From an uncultured Candidatus Bathyarchaeia archaeon (GTDB taxonomy: Archaea > Thermoproteota > Bathyarchaeia > RBG-16-48-13 > JAGMEO01): a stretch of DNA of 59,740 nucleotides. The notes below the pieces were generated by a model. The model made no database searches. It was not told the DNA's origin and saw nothing but the letters and a program-made list of their open reading frames with translations. Position 1 is the stretch's first letter, and each line of letters opens with the position of its first letter. The stretch covers positions 1-59,740 of the forward strand of contig CAZTBK010000001.1 of assembly GCA_964611975.1 (NCBI GenBank), written 5' to 3'. The translations under genes were made by a program, and so were the position numbers. This document shows, piece after piece, positions 1-8,701 of the stretch.

Positions 1-95
1 CGCCCTTCCTCTAAACATTTGAATAAGGGATTTTTTCCGGCCCTAAAAATCTTTATGGCTAACAGATTAGAGACCACATTAATTAGTCTATAAAA

Positions 96-923
96 TCACT
101 CATATGTTTGACCCAATATTTTCACGCGCACCTCTTCGTCACCACTTATGGAAACCCCCTTCAGTGAGGAAGCCATGCCGAGGATGGATTTACGGATGAT
201 TTCTGATACGAAGGGGTTGAGGGGGACCTCAGCGTCATTAACGGTTACCCTCGTCTTCAGTTTTGACTTAAGTTTCAATACGACACAATCGCTTAATTTA
301 GCCCTCCCCTCGTAGATATCCAAGGCCATATCCTTGCATGATGAGTGGCCACACTCTCCACAGTCTATTCTTGGGAGGAGGCTGAGGATCCTTAAGATCT
401 CCCGCTCTCTCTCAATGTACTTTAATGCCCGCTCAACCAGAACACGAGAGCCCTCCTTTATCTTCAGAATAGGGCTCCCTAAGGACTGAATAGAGCAAGA
501 GGCTATGATGTCCCCCCTCGCCTTTTCCCTAAAATCCTTGTATTCTTCCCTATCCCTGACGCATAATATCTTGCCTATGTCCTCATCGTTTAAAGCAATT
601 TTTGAAAAGCCCTCGAGGACGATCACATCTATCTTGGGCAGGAAATCGAACAGTCGCTCTATGGAAAAGTTCGCCTCCCCGTCCTTTATCAGTATGGCCA
701 TTTCCACATCTGAAACGCAGATGACTGGGTTAGCGCCTGCCATTGAGTGCCTCCATGTATCCTTTCCCTTGCTATCTATGGAGAAACCCTTTTGACCAGT
801 GTGCTTAACGGTTGCTACTCGATACCCTCTTTTCGTAAGCTCTCGAATTATGCTTTCGATAATAGTTGTTTTCCCAGACCTTCTGTGGCCTATCACACTT
901 AGCACAGGAACCCTTACACGCAT
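96..923 (-). CDS. mobB: Molybdopterin-guanine dinucleotide biosynthesis adapter MobB fused to a C-terminal Cys-rich (putative Fe-S) domain
   Basis: N-terminal P-loop VIGHRRSGKTT with MobB-like ATVKHT and KDTWRH strings. C-terminal CGECGHSSCKDMA...C motif resembles the small Fe-S binding domain. Confidence 0.8.
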   Translation of the reverse strand: MRVRVPVLSVIGHRRSGKTTIIESIIRELTKRGYRVATVKHTGQKGFSIDSKGKDTWRHSMAGANPVICVSDVEMAILIKDGEANFSIERLFDFLPKIDVIVLEGFSKIALNDEDIGKILCVRDREEYKDFREKARGDIIASCSIQSLGSPILKIKEGSRVLVERALKYIEREREILRILSLLPRIDCGECGHSSCKDMALDIYEGRAKLSDCVVLKLKSKLKTRVTVNDAEVPLNPFVSEIIRKSILGMASSLKGVSISGDEEVRVKILGQTYE

Positions 924-982
924 GATTTACAACCCCGTTATTTTATATGGTACTAAAAGTTTACACGGTAAGAATTTTTTTA

Positions 983-1846
983 TCATCCCCTCAAAGAAGG
1001 CCCCTTCAGAATGAGGGAGCCTACCCTCGTCCCTATGTCCTCTGCTATAGTCGGGCACTTTACTTTCAGTAGGAAGAATATCTTCTTGTCTTTTACATCG
1101 CTGAGAGACTCGTAATTGGCCTGCCCTTTACTGATCACTAACTCACTGTTTTTAAACTTCATGAGGAATTCCTTTGAGCAATAATCGAGAAGTGTCCCTA
1201 TAGAGTCTGTTCCAGTTGAGGTCACCGCAGCTATGCTGTCGATCCCAGCTATTTTAGCGTCTTGAAGAGTAGCGTCATTGAGGATGGGGGCGCCCTTGAC
1301 GACGTAAGTTACGTTTATGCCCCTTTTTGAGAGTTCTTTTATCAGAACCTTATCGAAAAAGGTTTCTCCAGCGTTATCTGCAAGGTACAGTACATTTTTT
1401 GATTTTAGAGCTAACCTTTCCAATAGGTCCAGATCATTTACCGCAAACTCGCTCTCTAGAACTTTTTGAACTTCCTGTCTTAGATCAACATCCACTCCTC
1501 GAGCAAGATCTATGACGTTACCAGCTACAGCGATCTTAGCTGCGGTCAGTAGCCTATCCTCTGAGTTTTTTACCATGAGATCAAGCCCTGGATAGAGTTC
1601 TGACGCCGCCTTGTTGTATTTCTCCTTCAGCTGTTTATAGGGGTCTTCGTTACCTGTGTTCTTCTTTACGATCCTGTGGACCTTTGTGGCAAGTTCAGAG
1701 GTTGTTTTATCCCAATTTTCATACAGAAGATAGTCCATGACCTCTTTAAGAGTTTCTTTACGCACCACGTCATCATCAGTGCTCATTTTTATGGCCTCTG
1801 ACGCCTGTCTCAAAAGACAGGGGATGCACTCTAAATGCGCCTTCAC
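983..1846 (-). CDS. DUF89 / ARMT1-like damage-control phosphatase family protein
   Basis: Starts MKAHLECIPCLLRQ (typical DUF89 N-terminal CxxC). Has the LADNAGE and ISKGQANYE motifs characteristic of the family. Confidence 0.75.
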   Translation of the reverse strand: MKAHLECIPCLLRQASEAIKMSTDDDVVRKETLKEVMDYLLYENWDKTTSELATKVHRIVKKNTGNEDPYKQLKEKYNKAASELYPGLDLMVKNSEDRLLTAAKIAVAGNVIDLARGVDVDLRQEVQKVLESEFAVNDLDLLERLALKSKNVLYLADNAGETFFDKVLIKELSKRGINVTYVVKGAPILNDATLQDAKIAGIDSIAAVTSTGTDSIGTLLDYCSKEFLMKFKNSELVISKGQANYESLSDVKDKKIFFLLKVKCPTIAEDIGTRVGSLILKGPSLRG

Positions 1847-1895
1847 CTTACCCGCCCTCTAATTGACAAAGGGACCCGTGACCTCTCTATCAGAT

Positions 1896-2639
1896 CTAAA
1901 TGTAGAAAACTTTTCCAGACCCGTTTCTGACATACCTTTCTCCCATGATCTTCGCGATAGCTTTCCTAGCGTTAATCCCGGTGCAGTGACATGGGGAGGC
2001 CAGCTTAACATCTATTTCCCGCATGAACCTCGCCACCCTCGCGCCCTCGCTCGCACTAGAGATGTGGAGGCCGCCCATGACTGCGTACACTTCATCTACA
2101 CCACTTACCTGCTGTGCGCGTTTGATGATATTTATAATTCCCGGGTGACTGCAGCCGGTTAAGACGACCAGCCCCCTGTCCTTCACGTTTATCAGCAAGG
2201 AATGCTCCCGTATCCCGTAGCCTAATTCACCTGTGGACATCATGCCTTCCTTAAGCTCTATGGGCTCAGAGCAGACATTTGCGATCCCTCCAGCGTTTTC
2301 AATCATCCTGATTTCTGAGGCGCTCCCAGACGGGACATAGATAGGGGTCTGTTCCTTCAGAAGCGGTAGGACATATCTTAGGGCGCCACAGTGATCTCCA
2401 TGCCAATGCGATATGAAAGCCGCCTCTACAGCCCCGACATCTACGTTGAGCTTCGATGCATTTTCGGATAGTACGCTGAATGATCCGCTGGTGTCCATCA
2501 GGACAGGATGGGATTTACCATTTTTAGACGCCTCGACGTAGAATGAGAGGCCCCATGAGGAGGATAGGCCCTTCTTCCAGACATCATTATCAACCAGCGT
2601 TATGATTTTGACGGAGTCGACTTCCTTCACATTATCCAC
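1896..2639 (-). CDS. MBL-fold metallo-hydrolase (archaeal MJ0301-like subgroup)
   Basis: HWHGDHCG metal-binding motif, VDN..W start pattern, later CSHPG and HCTG motifs. Confidence 0.8.
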   Translation of the reverse strand: MDNVKEVDSVKIITLVDNDVWKKGLSSSWGLSFYVEASKNGKSHPVLMDTSGSFSVLSENASKLNVDVGAVEAAFISHWHGDHCGALRYVLPLLKEQTPIYVPSGSASEIRMIENAGGIANVCSEPIELKEGMMSTGELGYGIREHSLLINVKDRGLVVLTGCSHPGIINIIKRAQQVSGVDEVYAVMGGLHISSASEGARVARFMREIDVKLASPCHCTGINARKAIAKIMGERYVRNGSGKVFYI

Positions 2640-2714
2640 CTCCCTTTATTAGGATATAGAATTAAAAGGAACACTCATAAGCCTTCTAGTAACCATTAGA
2701 AAGTTTCAGACCAT

Positions 2715-3635
2715 TTAAGCGAAAATAGGGAGTAAGTTGATCAAATACCCAAAGATCAGGGTTAGGAAGGAGAATATGAGAACCGAAGCGACCGCAGTTT
2801 TCTTTCCCAGCGCCGTCCAGATCGTTCCCATTTCTGTCATATCTGTAACTACACCACACATGAGGAGCGTGAAAATGACCCCTGGGGAAGCCCCGAGGGA
2901 ATATAAGCTGCAGATTATCGGTACGCTCGCTTCAACCGCGACCTCCATCACGGTCCCGACTGCTAAAGCCAATAGGACGGAGTGTAAGGAGTATCCCAAT
3001 AAATTTTCTATGATCTCTGCTGGAATTAAGGCCTTAGTTATCCCTGCTCCTAGAAAACCTATCGCTATCCATATGCTTGCTAACTTAAAGAAATCATAAG
3101 AGTAATGCAAGGCTGAGAACATCCTGTCTTTAATGGTTTCTGGTCCATAATTCCTTTCAACCTCTACTGCAGGCTTGGGAGAGCTTGGATGCCCTGACTC
3201 TATCACCCCTCTTTTCTCTAAATATCCTATCAGTAGGCCGCCAATTATCCCAACGACCATCGTCATCACAACGATGAACAAGAACATATTGGTTCCGACA
3301 AATGAAATTAAAATGAGGGATTCTATCACACATAACCAAGGCGTTGAGACCATGAAAGTAACTACGGCCCCTCTGCTAGCGCCTAAATGAAAAAGGGAGA
3401 TTGCAAGAGGCAATCCACTATGAGGAAGAAATTGGGCGAGAGTGCCCATAATGGAGGCGATTAAGACATCTCTTATTCCACTTCCTCCAAACATTTTTAG
3501 GAACCACTTCCTCGGGACGAACTCCCTAATAAGACCAGCTACTAAGAAGCCCAAAACTATCCAGTGAGAAACTTTTAGGAACAATCGAAGGGTCTCAAGT
3601 ACGATTCGAATTACCAGATCGATCATTTTTCTCAC
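2715..3635 (-). CDS. Polytopic permease (predicted-permease / ArsP_1-like), probably a metal transporter
   Basis: About 8 hydrophobic segments in two half-repeats. Its start overlaps the stop of the upstream DtxR-family gene by 41 nt. Confidence 0.6.
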   Translation of the reverse strand: MRKMIDLVIRIVLETLRLFLKVSHWIVLGFLVAGLIREFVPRKWFLKMFGGSGIRDVLIASIMGTLAQFLPHSGLPLAISLFHLGASRGAVVTFMVSTPWLCVIESLILISFVGTNMFLFIVVMTMVVGIIGGLLIGYLEKRGVIESGHPSSPKPAVEVERNYGPETIKDRMFSALHYSYDFFKLASIWIAIGFLGAGITKALIPAEIIENLLGYSLHSVLLALAVGTVMEVAVEASVPIICSLYSLGASPGVIFTLLMCGVVTDMTEMGTIWTALGKKTAVASVLIFSFLTLIFGYLINLLPIFA

Positions 3636-4083
3636 CTTCTATGATGCATCCACAGCATTTTTCGTCCCTAAATATGGTCTTATTACATGGACAGGTCTCT
3701 GGATGACCATACATTCTGCAGATGCGATTTGTGATGTTTTCAGAGAGGTAATAATCTAGTTTTGACGCCTCTTTGCAAGCCGATTCGACATCGCATTTAA
3801 GGAAATTTACGAACAGGACCTCCAGAAGCCTGTGCTTCCTGAGCATTTTCTGAGCCACATGGATGCCCTCATCTGTAAACTCAACCCCGTAGTAACGTTC
3901 ATATCTGAGTAGGCCACGCTCGTCGAGTTTCTGGAGCATTTCTGTCACCGTCGCTGGATGGACTTTAAAGAAATCCGCAAGCATCTTAGTCCCAACTTTG
4001 CGGCCCTCCTCAACTTGTTTTCTGTATATGAATTTCAGGTAGTTGCCCTCAGTTGGGGTTATGCCCACCTCCTCGCTCAACAC
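3595..4083 (-). CDS. DtxR/MntR-family metal-dependent transcriptional repressor with Cys-rich tail
   Basis: wHTH GNYLKFIY...ATVTEMLQKLDERGLL, dimerisation helix KHRLLEVLF, C-terminal CPCN...CCGC cluster. Confidence 0.85.
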   Translation of the reverse strand: MLSEEVGITPTEGNYLKFIYRKQVEEGRKVGTKMLADFFKVHPATVTEMLQKLDERGLLRYERYYGVEFTDEGIHVAQKMLRKHRLLEVLFVNFLKCDVESACKEASKLDYYLSENITNRICRMYGHPETCPCNKTIFRDEKCCGCIIEGEKNDRSGNSNRT

Positions 4084-4277
4084 ACCTCTCCTCGATCTCT
4101 CTATGAAAGTTTGGTACTACCTAATAAATGTTTGGTTGATCCTAACTTCAGCAAGGAAGGGTAAAAGAGGAATACGAGCTACAATTTCCTCTCGGGAAGG
4201 CGAGTAAGGGGTGAGCTCTGCCCTCTTCAATGGGTTTTAGAAGGGGGCGAGGTAATTACTGTCAAGGGAGCAATAGG

Positions 4278-5039
4278 TCACAATCTCTTAGGCAAACTTC
4301 TCTCATGAAGTTTTATGGCTGCGATCAGAAACGCCACAGTGAATGCTGCAAGGAGCGTTATGTCCAGGAGGACGGGGCATTGATTGTCTCTCTGAAAACA
4401 GTATCTAAGTGAATCGATGAGGTAAGTTAGGGGTGAAGCCAAAGAAACGGCTCTCCCCCAAGCAGGTAATTCCTCGATAGGGATGAATACCCCGCTGATG
4501 AATGTCAGCGCAAACTTGACCAAGGTCGATAGCATCATCACATTCGCCACGTTATCTGTCGGGGGACTGGACAGCAGAGCTCCGAATGATGAGAAACAGA
4601 GTGCGGCTAGAACTACACTCACTATGAGGACAAGTGAGTCGGTGACACTGGCTCCAATGATTAGGCCTATCAAAATTGAAAATATGGAGATGATTGATCC
4701 AAAGAGGAACGAAGCCAGGACGTCCCCCAATATTATTGCTGACATCGAGATCGGTGATGCTGCCAGTCTTTCCAGGGTCTTCATTCTTGATTCCCAAGGC
4801 GCGATGACAGGCACAACGGAAGTAGAAGTGAAGTACAGCGTCATTCCAACCATGCCAGGAACAAGTGAAGCCACCGGGATGTTTCTACCAACACAGAATG
4901 ATAGGAACATGAGGAGAGGTATCATGATTCCTTGTATGAGAACGGGAGGCTTGGTATAATAGATAAGGGCGTCCTTCTTAGAGATCGCTAAGGCTCGCTT
5001 AAGTTGTTCGATCAGGTTCCTCATAAAAGGATCTTTCAT
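4278..5039 (-). CDS. ABC-2 type transporter permease
   Basis: Six hydrophobic segments, 253 aa, immediately downstream of the ABC ATPase on the same strand. Confidence 0.75.
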   Translation of the reverse strand: MKDPFMRNLIEQLKRALAISKKDALIYYTKPPVLIQGIMIPLLMFLSFCVGRNIPVASLVPGMVGMTLYFTSTSVVPVIAPWESRMKTLERLAASPISMSAIILGDVLASFLFGSIISIFSILIGLIIGASVTDSLVLIVSVVLAALCFSSFGALLSSPPTDNVANVMMLSTLVKFALTFISGVFIPIEELPAWGRAVSLASPLTYLIDSLRYCFQRDNQCPVLLDITLLAAFTVAFLIAAIKLHERSLPKRL

Positions 5040-5052
5040 AATGACGGCCTTC

Positions 5053-5982
5053 TCAAGAGCCTTCTATGAGTTTGATGTAAACGTCCTCTAGGCTTGGGGC
5101 GAGTGTGTTCAACGTGACTATCCTCAGGTCGTTTGACTTAGCATAGTCGACTAAGGAACACACTACATCGCTTGGCTCATCGGTATAGAGTCGAAGCTTG
5201 TCCCCCATCTTTTTCACTTTGTTCACCTTTGGAAGCTTAGATAGATGCAGCGTTTTCACAGGTTTGCTAAAGGAAACCTCTACGGATTGCAATCCCTTGA
5301 TTGATCTTCTAAGCTTTTCAGGAGTGTCTATCGCAGCGATTCTGCCGTGATTGATGACAGCTATCCGGTCACACAGATAGTTGGCTTCCTCCATGTTATG
5401 CGTGGTCAGAAAGACGGTGGTCCCTTTCTGGTTAAGTTCGCGGATCACGTCTCTGATCATTCTAGAGCTCTGAACATCCAGCCCAACAGTCGGCTCGTCA
5501 AGGAAGAGTATTTGTGGGCCATTCAACAGAGCCATACATATGATCAGCCTCTGCTTCATACCCTTAGAGAAGCCCTTCACCAAATCATCCTTTCTTTCGT
5601 AGAGCCCAAGCTTTTTAAGAAGAACATCCGCGCGTTCCACCCTTCTCTTTTTAGGCACACCATATAACTCCCCCATAAACATTAGGTTTTGCCATGCCGA
5701 CAGATCGATGTAAGCGTTTGATATCTCGGGAACGATTCCCATCACCTGCTTGGCTTTTAAGGGCTCCCTCTGTATATCGTAGCCCATAACAGACGCCGTC
5801 CCAGCGTCTGGTTTAAGGACGCCGGTAAGCATGCGGATGGTGGTTGTCTTTCCAGCGCCATTTGGACCTAGGAAACCGAAAATCTCACCACTCCTCACTT
5901 GAAAGCTTATGTGATCAACAGCCACTAAATCACCAAAAAACTTCGTCAAATTCGAGGCTTCAACAGCGTTATCAGCATTCAT
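5053..5982 (-). CDS. ABC transporter ATP-binding protein (ABC-2/DrrA-like)
   Basis: Walker A GPNGAGKTT, signature FSKGMKQR, Walker B ILFLDEPT. I prefer the internal ATG (MNADNAV) at 5982 over the ORF-track start at 6033. Confidence 0.9.
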   Translation of the reverse strand: MNADNAVEASNLTKFFGDLVAVDHISFQVRSGEIFGFLGPNGAGKTTTIRMLTGVLKPDAGTASVMGYDIQREPLKAKQVMGIVPEISNAYIDLSAWQNLMFMGELYGVPKKRRVERADVLLKKLGLYERKDDLVKGFSKGMKQRLIICMALLNGPQILFLDEPTVGLDVQSSRMIRDVIRELNQKGTTVFLTTHNMEEANYLCDRIAVINHGRIAAIDTPEKLRRSIKGLQSVEVSFSKPVKTLHLSKLPKVNKVKKMGDKLRLYTDEPSDVVCSLVDYAKSNDLRIVTLNTLAPSLEDVYIKLIEGS

Positions 5983-6090
5983 AGTGAAACATGCCCCAAT
6001 TCTGTCTAAAAGTCGGAAATGGAGATAGTGCATTACTGAACTAAGGTTCTACATCTATCATATTTTCCCTTCTGGAGCCATTAAACATTT

Positions 6091-6513
6091 TTAAGTCCTG
6101 ACATACTTTCGCAGGGCTCTTTCTAAGGGTCCACGCCCAACCGCACCGACGACGCTTTCGACAGGCCGACCGGCGTTAAAGATTATAAAGAAGGGTATGG
6201 ACATAATGCCGTATCGTCTGGCTATCTCCGGGCTCTTGTCCACATTTAACCTAGCGAACAGAGCCTTACCAACATAGTCACGTGCAAGCTCTTCCAAAAC
6301 AGGCCCCATCATGAGACAGGGCATGCACCACTCAGCCCAGAAGTCAACCAACACAGGTAAGGTGGCGTTCCTGATAAACTCATCGAAGTTTGAAGAGGTT
6401 AGTGTGATTACTCCCCCTGCTTTGGGTCTTCTTTTAGGTCTTTCATATGCCCCTCTCATCAGTTCCCTTAGCTTCTTTAACCTTATCCTCTCAAGTTCTT
6501 TGTCTCTCTTCAT
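6091..6513 (-). CDS. Thioredoxin with atypical WCMPC active site and basic N-terminal extension
   Basis: VLVDFWAEWCMPC...SIPFFIIF thioredoxin fold strings. About 30 aa Lys/Arg/Glu-rich leader. Confidence 0.85.
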   Translation of the reverse strand: MKRDKELERIRLKKLRELMRGAYERPKRRPKAGGVITLTSSNFDEFIRNATLPVLVDFWAEWCMPCLMMGPVLEELARDYVGKALFARLNVDKSPEIARRYGIMSIPFFIIFNAGRPVESVVGAVGRGPLERALRKYVRT

Positions 6514-6583
6514 TGGAGCATCAACCTCATCGATAGGATGCTCATCTTTAATTTAAACTTTAACCGGAAGTAGATCGTACCTT

Positions 6584-6853
6584 ATGATCAAATTATTAAA
6601 AATACTGGAGTTTATTAGAGCTGATGGCGCCTCCCTTAGCCTCATAAACGGTCGGTTGGCTTGGACTGCTTACTATCACAGTAGTAACATTAATTTTTGG
6701 AACTCTCAGAAAGGAGCTGACACTGATAATGCTCGCAATCCTCTCGGGAATGACTACTTCACACAAGTTTTGATGACGAGTCAGATAGTTGCATTCACCT
6801 TTGTAACGATGTTTTACGTTCCCTGTATAGCCACTTATAACCGCCCTGATTAA
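6584..6853 (+). CDS. Hypothetical small protein (weak)
   Basis: ATG-initiated 89-codon ORF with an AT-rich TTTAAAC box about 30 nt upstream. No recognisable motif. Confidence 0.2.
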   Translation: MIKLLKILEFIRADGASLSLINGRLAWTAYYHSSNINFWNSQKGADTDNARNPLGNDYFTQVLMTSQIVAFTFVTMFYVPCIATYNRPD

Positions 6854-6952
6854 GGAGTACCGACTGGAAGAGGGCACTGCCTTTAGGTGGAGTGGCATCG
6901 AGGTTGTTGACAGCAATGGGAATGTAAGACCAAAAAGGGAATTTAAAATTTG

Positions 6953-7384
6953 TTACTCGACACCGCTGCTTACCTCTAATTCGGCCTTTAAGGGTACAGG
7001 ATCCTTGAATATGGAGAGCACTGGACACTTCTCCTCGGTCTTTCTCCACATGGTCTCTAAAACTCGTTTGCTCGCCTTCCCAGAGACCTTGACCTTGAGG
7101 TCTACACCAGTAAGCTTTGCCGAGCCTGCGGGCTTTTCAGCCTCGGCCACGGCCACCAGCTCAGTGAGCTTCACCCCGCTCTTCTTTGCGATGTCGGCAT
7201 ATATTGTCACCGCGCAGTCCGCTAGGCTCATAACAGCAAGCTCCAAGGCGGTCGGCCCTGTATCCTCTCCGCCAAGGTTTGTCGGCAGATCCAACACAAC
7301 GCTATGGGTCCTCGAGTTATCAGCTATTGATCGGACGTTCCTAACCCATTTCGCGGTAGCCTTTATCTTCGCCATATCAATCAA
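6953..7384 (-). CDS. OsmC/Ohr family peroxiredoxin-like protein
   Basis: GGEDTGPTALEL, LADCAV and EKCPV motifs (two conserved Cys). Confidence 0.85.
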   Translation of the reverse strand: MIDMAKIKATAKWVRNVRSIADNSRTHSVVLDLPTNLGGEDTGPTALELAVMSLADCAVTIYADIAKKSGVKLTELVAVAEAEKPAGSAKLTGVDLKVKVSGKASKRVLETMWRKTEEKCPVLSIFKDPVPLKAELEVSSGVE

Positions 7385-7524
7385 CTCAAGTAACCCTCAT
7401 TATAGAAATAAACAAAAAAAGGTTTCGATTCAAAGAGATGGGTCAAGTACAAAACCTGAAAGACGGGAACAAGTGTTACTTTAACCGATATGTTCTTTTT
7501 ATCGTTTCGAACGTATGAACGCCC

Positions 7525-7705
7525 GCTCAAAGGGTGTAACCTGTAAGGCTCCATAAGCCTATTGCGAGCCTGCCCCCCTGACGACAGGGCGGGGCAGTTT
7601 AAGTGGTGGAACCCCGTGAATTTATTCGTGGGAAGATGTCAGCAGACAGGGATCATGAAAGAATCATTTACGAGATCCTGCTAACATAATTTCAAACGAT
7701 CAATT
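7525..7705 (+). ncRNA. Candidate structured non-coding RNA of unknown class (four consecutive hairpins)
   Basis: No ORF of 60 codons or more. Hairpins at 7546-7560, 7570-7597, 7613-7632 and 7641-7681. G-U pairs in the third hairpin only work on the + strand. TTTTTATC box about 25 nt upstream and a T-rich stretch downstream. Confidence 0.3.
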
Positions 7706-7832
7706 TTCCGATAGCCTATTTTATAAAAAGTTCCCAGGGCGGCCTTAGAATCAAAACTTAAAAGGTTTTTAGAATCGCAAGTGTCAGAATAGAACTTGCA
7801 ACGCTGAGCATCCAAGAATTATGTCCCTTACC

Positions 7833-8084
7833 CTAGGATTCTCCCCATAGGGGGATCGTTAAGGATCTATTTGCTAAAACCCGGTCAGCTTTCCGTATTG
7901 CCTCTTCAATGGTCCATTGCCTAGAGTTATTAGGATCAAGCCGAGTCATGAGATGCCCTTTTGAATGGCGTCTACCTATCGTCCGTCTTGTGCCCCCTAA
8001 CATAAACCAGAAAACCCTTACTTTCAAACCTGTGGACATTTGATATAAACATCTCTGACCGTTGTGGAATTCACAGATTTTCAT
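7833..8084 (-). CDS. Hypothetical small protein downstream of tRNA-Gln
   Basis: ATG at 8084 preceded by purine-rich GGGGGAAAGG. 83 aa, basic, no recognisable family. Confidence 0.3.
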   Translation of the reverse strand: MKICEFHNGQRCLYQMSTGLKVRVFWFMLGGTRRTIGRRHSKGHLMTRLDPNNSRQWTIEEAIRKADRVLANRSLTIPLWGES

Positions 8085-8159
8085 CCTTTCCCCCTTCACA
8101 TCTATGGTTTAGAGGTTTATTTCTCAAAAACTGTTCCAAAATGTTAGATCGTATTTAGG

Positions 8160-8275
8160 TGGTAGCCCGGAGGAGATTCGAACTCCTGTCAGCGGGTTTC
8201 TGCGGTGGAAAAATCACCCCCAAAGCCCGCTATTCAAGGGGATTTGCCCTTGCTTGACCGCTACACCACCGGGCT
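8160..8275 (-). tRNA. tRNA-Gln (anticodon UUG) with two introns and genomically encoded CCA
   Basis: Minus strand reads AGCCCGG-UG-GUGU-AGCGGUCAA-GCA[18 nt]U-A-GCGGG-CUUUGG[22 nt]A-CCCGC-UGAC-AGGAG-UUCGAAU-CUCCU-CCGGGCU-A-CCA. Acceptor stem is 7 bp, anticodon stem 5 bp, T stem 5 bp. Mature length is 73 nt. Confidence 0.85.
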
Positions 8276-8310
8276 ACGTTTCTTTATCTTTGCTTTTTCT
8301 CCTTTTTGAA

Positions 8311-8330
8311 TTTTTCTCGTTCGAGAAAAA
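8311..8330 (-). terminator. Perfect 9-bp palindrome TTTTTCTCG-TT-CGAGAAAAA between trm112 and tRNA-Gln
   Basis: Read directly from the sequence. T5/A5 arms fit an archaeal oligo-T terminator for the upstream minus-strand gene. Confidence 0.3.
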
Positions 8331-8372
8331 GTATGATGCTTTGACGCTCAAATAAAACGGTAGGAGCGGAAA

Positions 8373-8648
8373 CTAATGGGCAGACAGATTGAATGGCTTA
8401 CCTTCCTTTAAAATGTTCTCCGGTATTCTCTTTTTCCACCTTCTCAAGAATGGAAGATCTTCCTCCTTTGACCTGAGGTTGTCGGGCAACATATGTGGGA
8501 TCTCATCTATCACTGGGTACCAACGATTACAGGCCGGACATACTATGAGCCCCTCGACGATCTCCCTTTCTTCCTTGAATACATAGAGCTTCAAGGGCGA
8601 GTGCTTACATATTGGACAAGCCAAAATGTCCATGAGCTTCCTCTTCAA
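8373..8648 (-). CDS. Trm112 family methyltransferase activator (zinc-ribbon protein)
   Basis: ILACPICK...[19 protein letters not shown] is the classic Trm112/DUF343 pattern. Confidence 0.85.
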   Translation of the reverse strand: MKRKLMDILACPICKHSPLKLYVFKEEREIVEGLIVCPACNRWYPVIDEIPHMLPDNLRSKEEDLPFLRRWKKRIPENILKEGKPFNLSAH

Positions 8649-8701
8649 GATCCCTCTTCACCTCTTAGCTGCCTCAATTAAACATTTTATATTTTGATGT
8701 T

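Noticed and set aside
6771-6849. C/D box sRNA (UGAUGA at 6771-6776, CUGA at 6846-6849)
   Set aside because: The box spacing is wrong (about 70 nt between C and D). There is no D' box 12 nt after C, and the only C'-like element is 33 nt from D.
7385-8160. Integrated element or integrase remnant next to tRNA-Gln
   Set aside because: No duplicate of the tRNA 3' segment (att-like repeat) is visible nearby, and the 83-aa ORF has no recombinase motifs.
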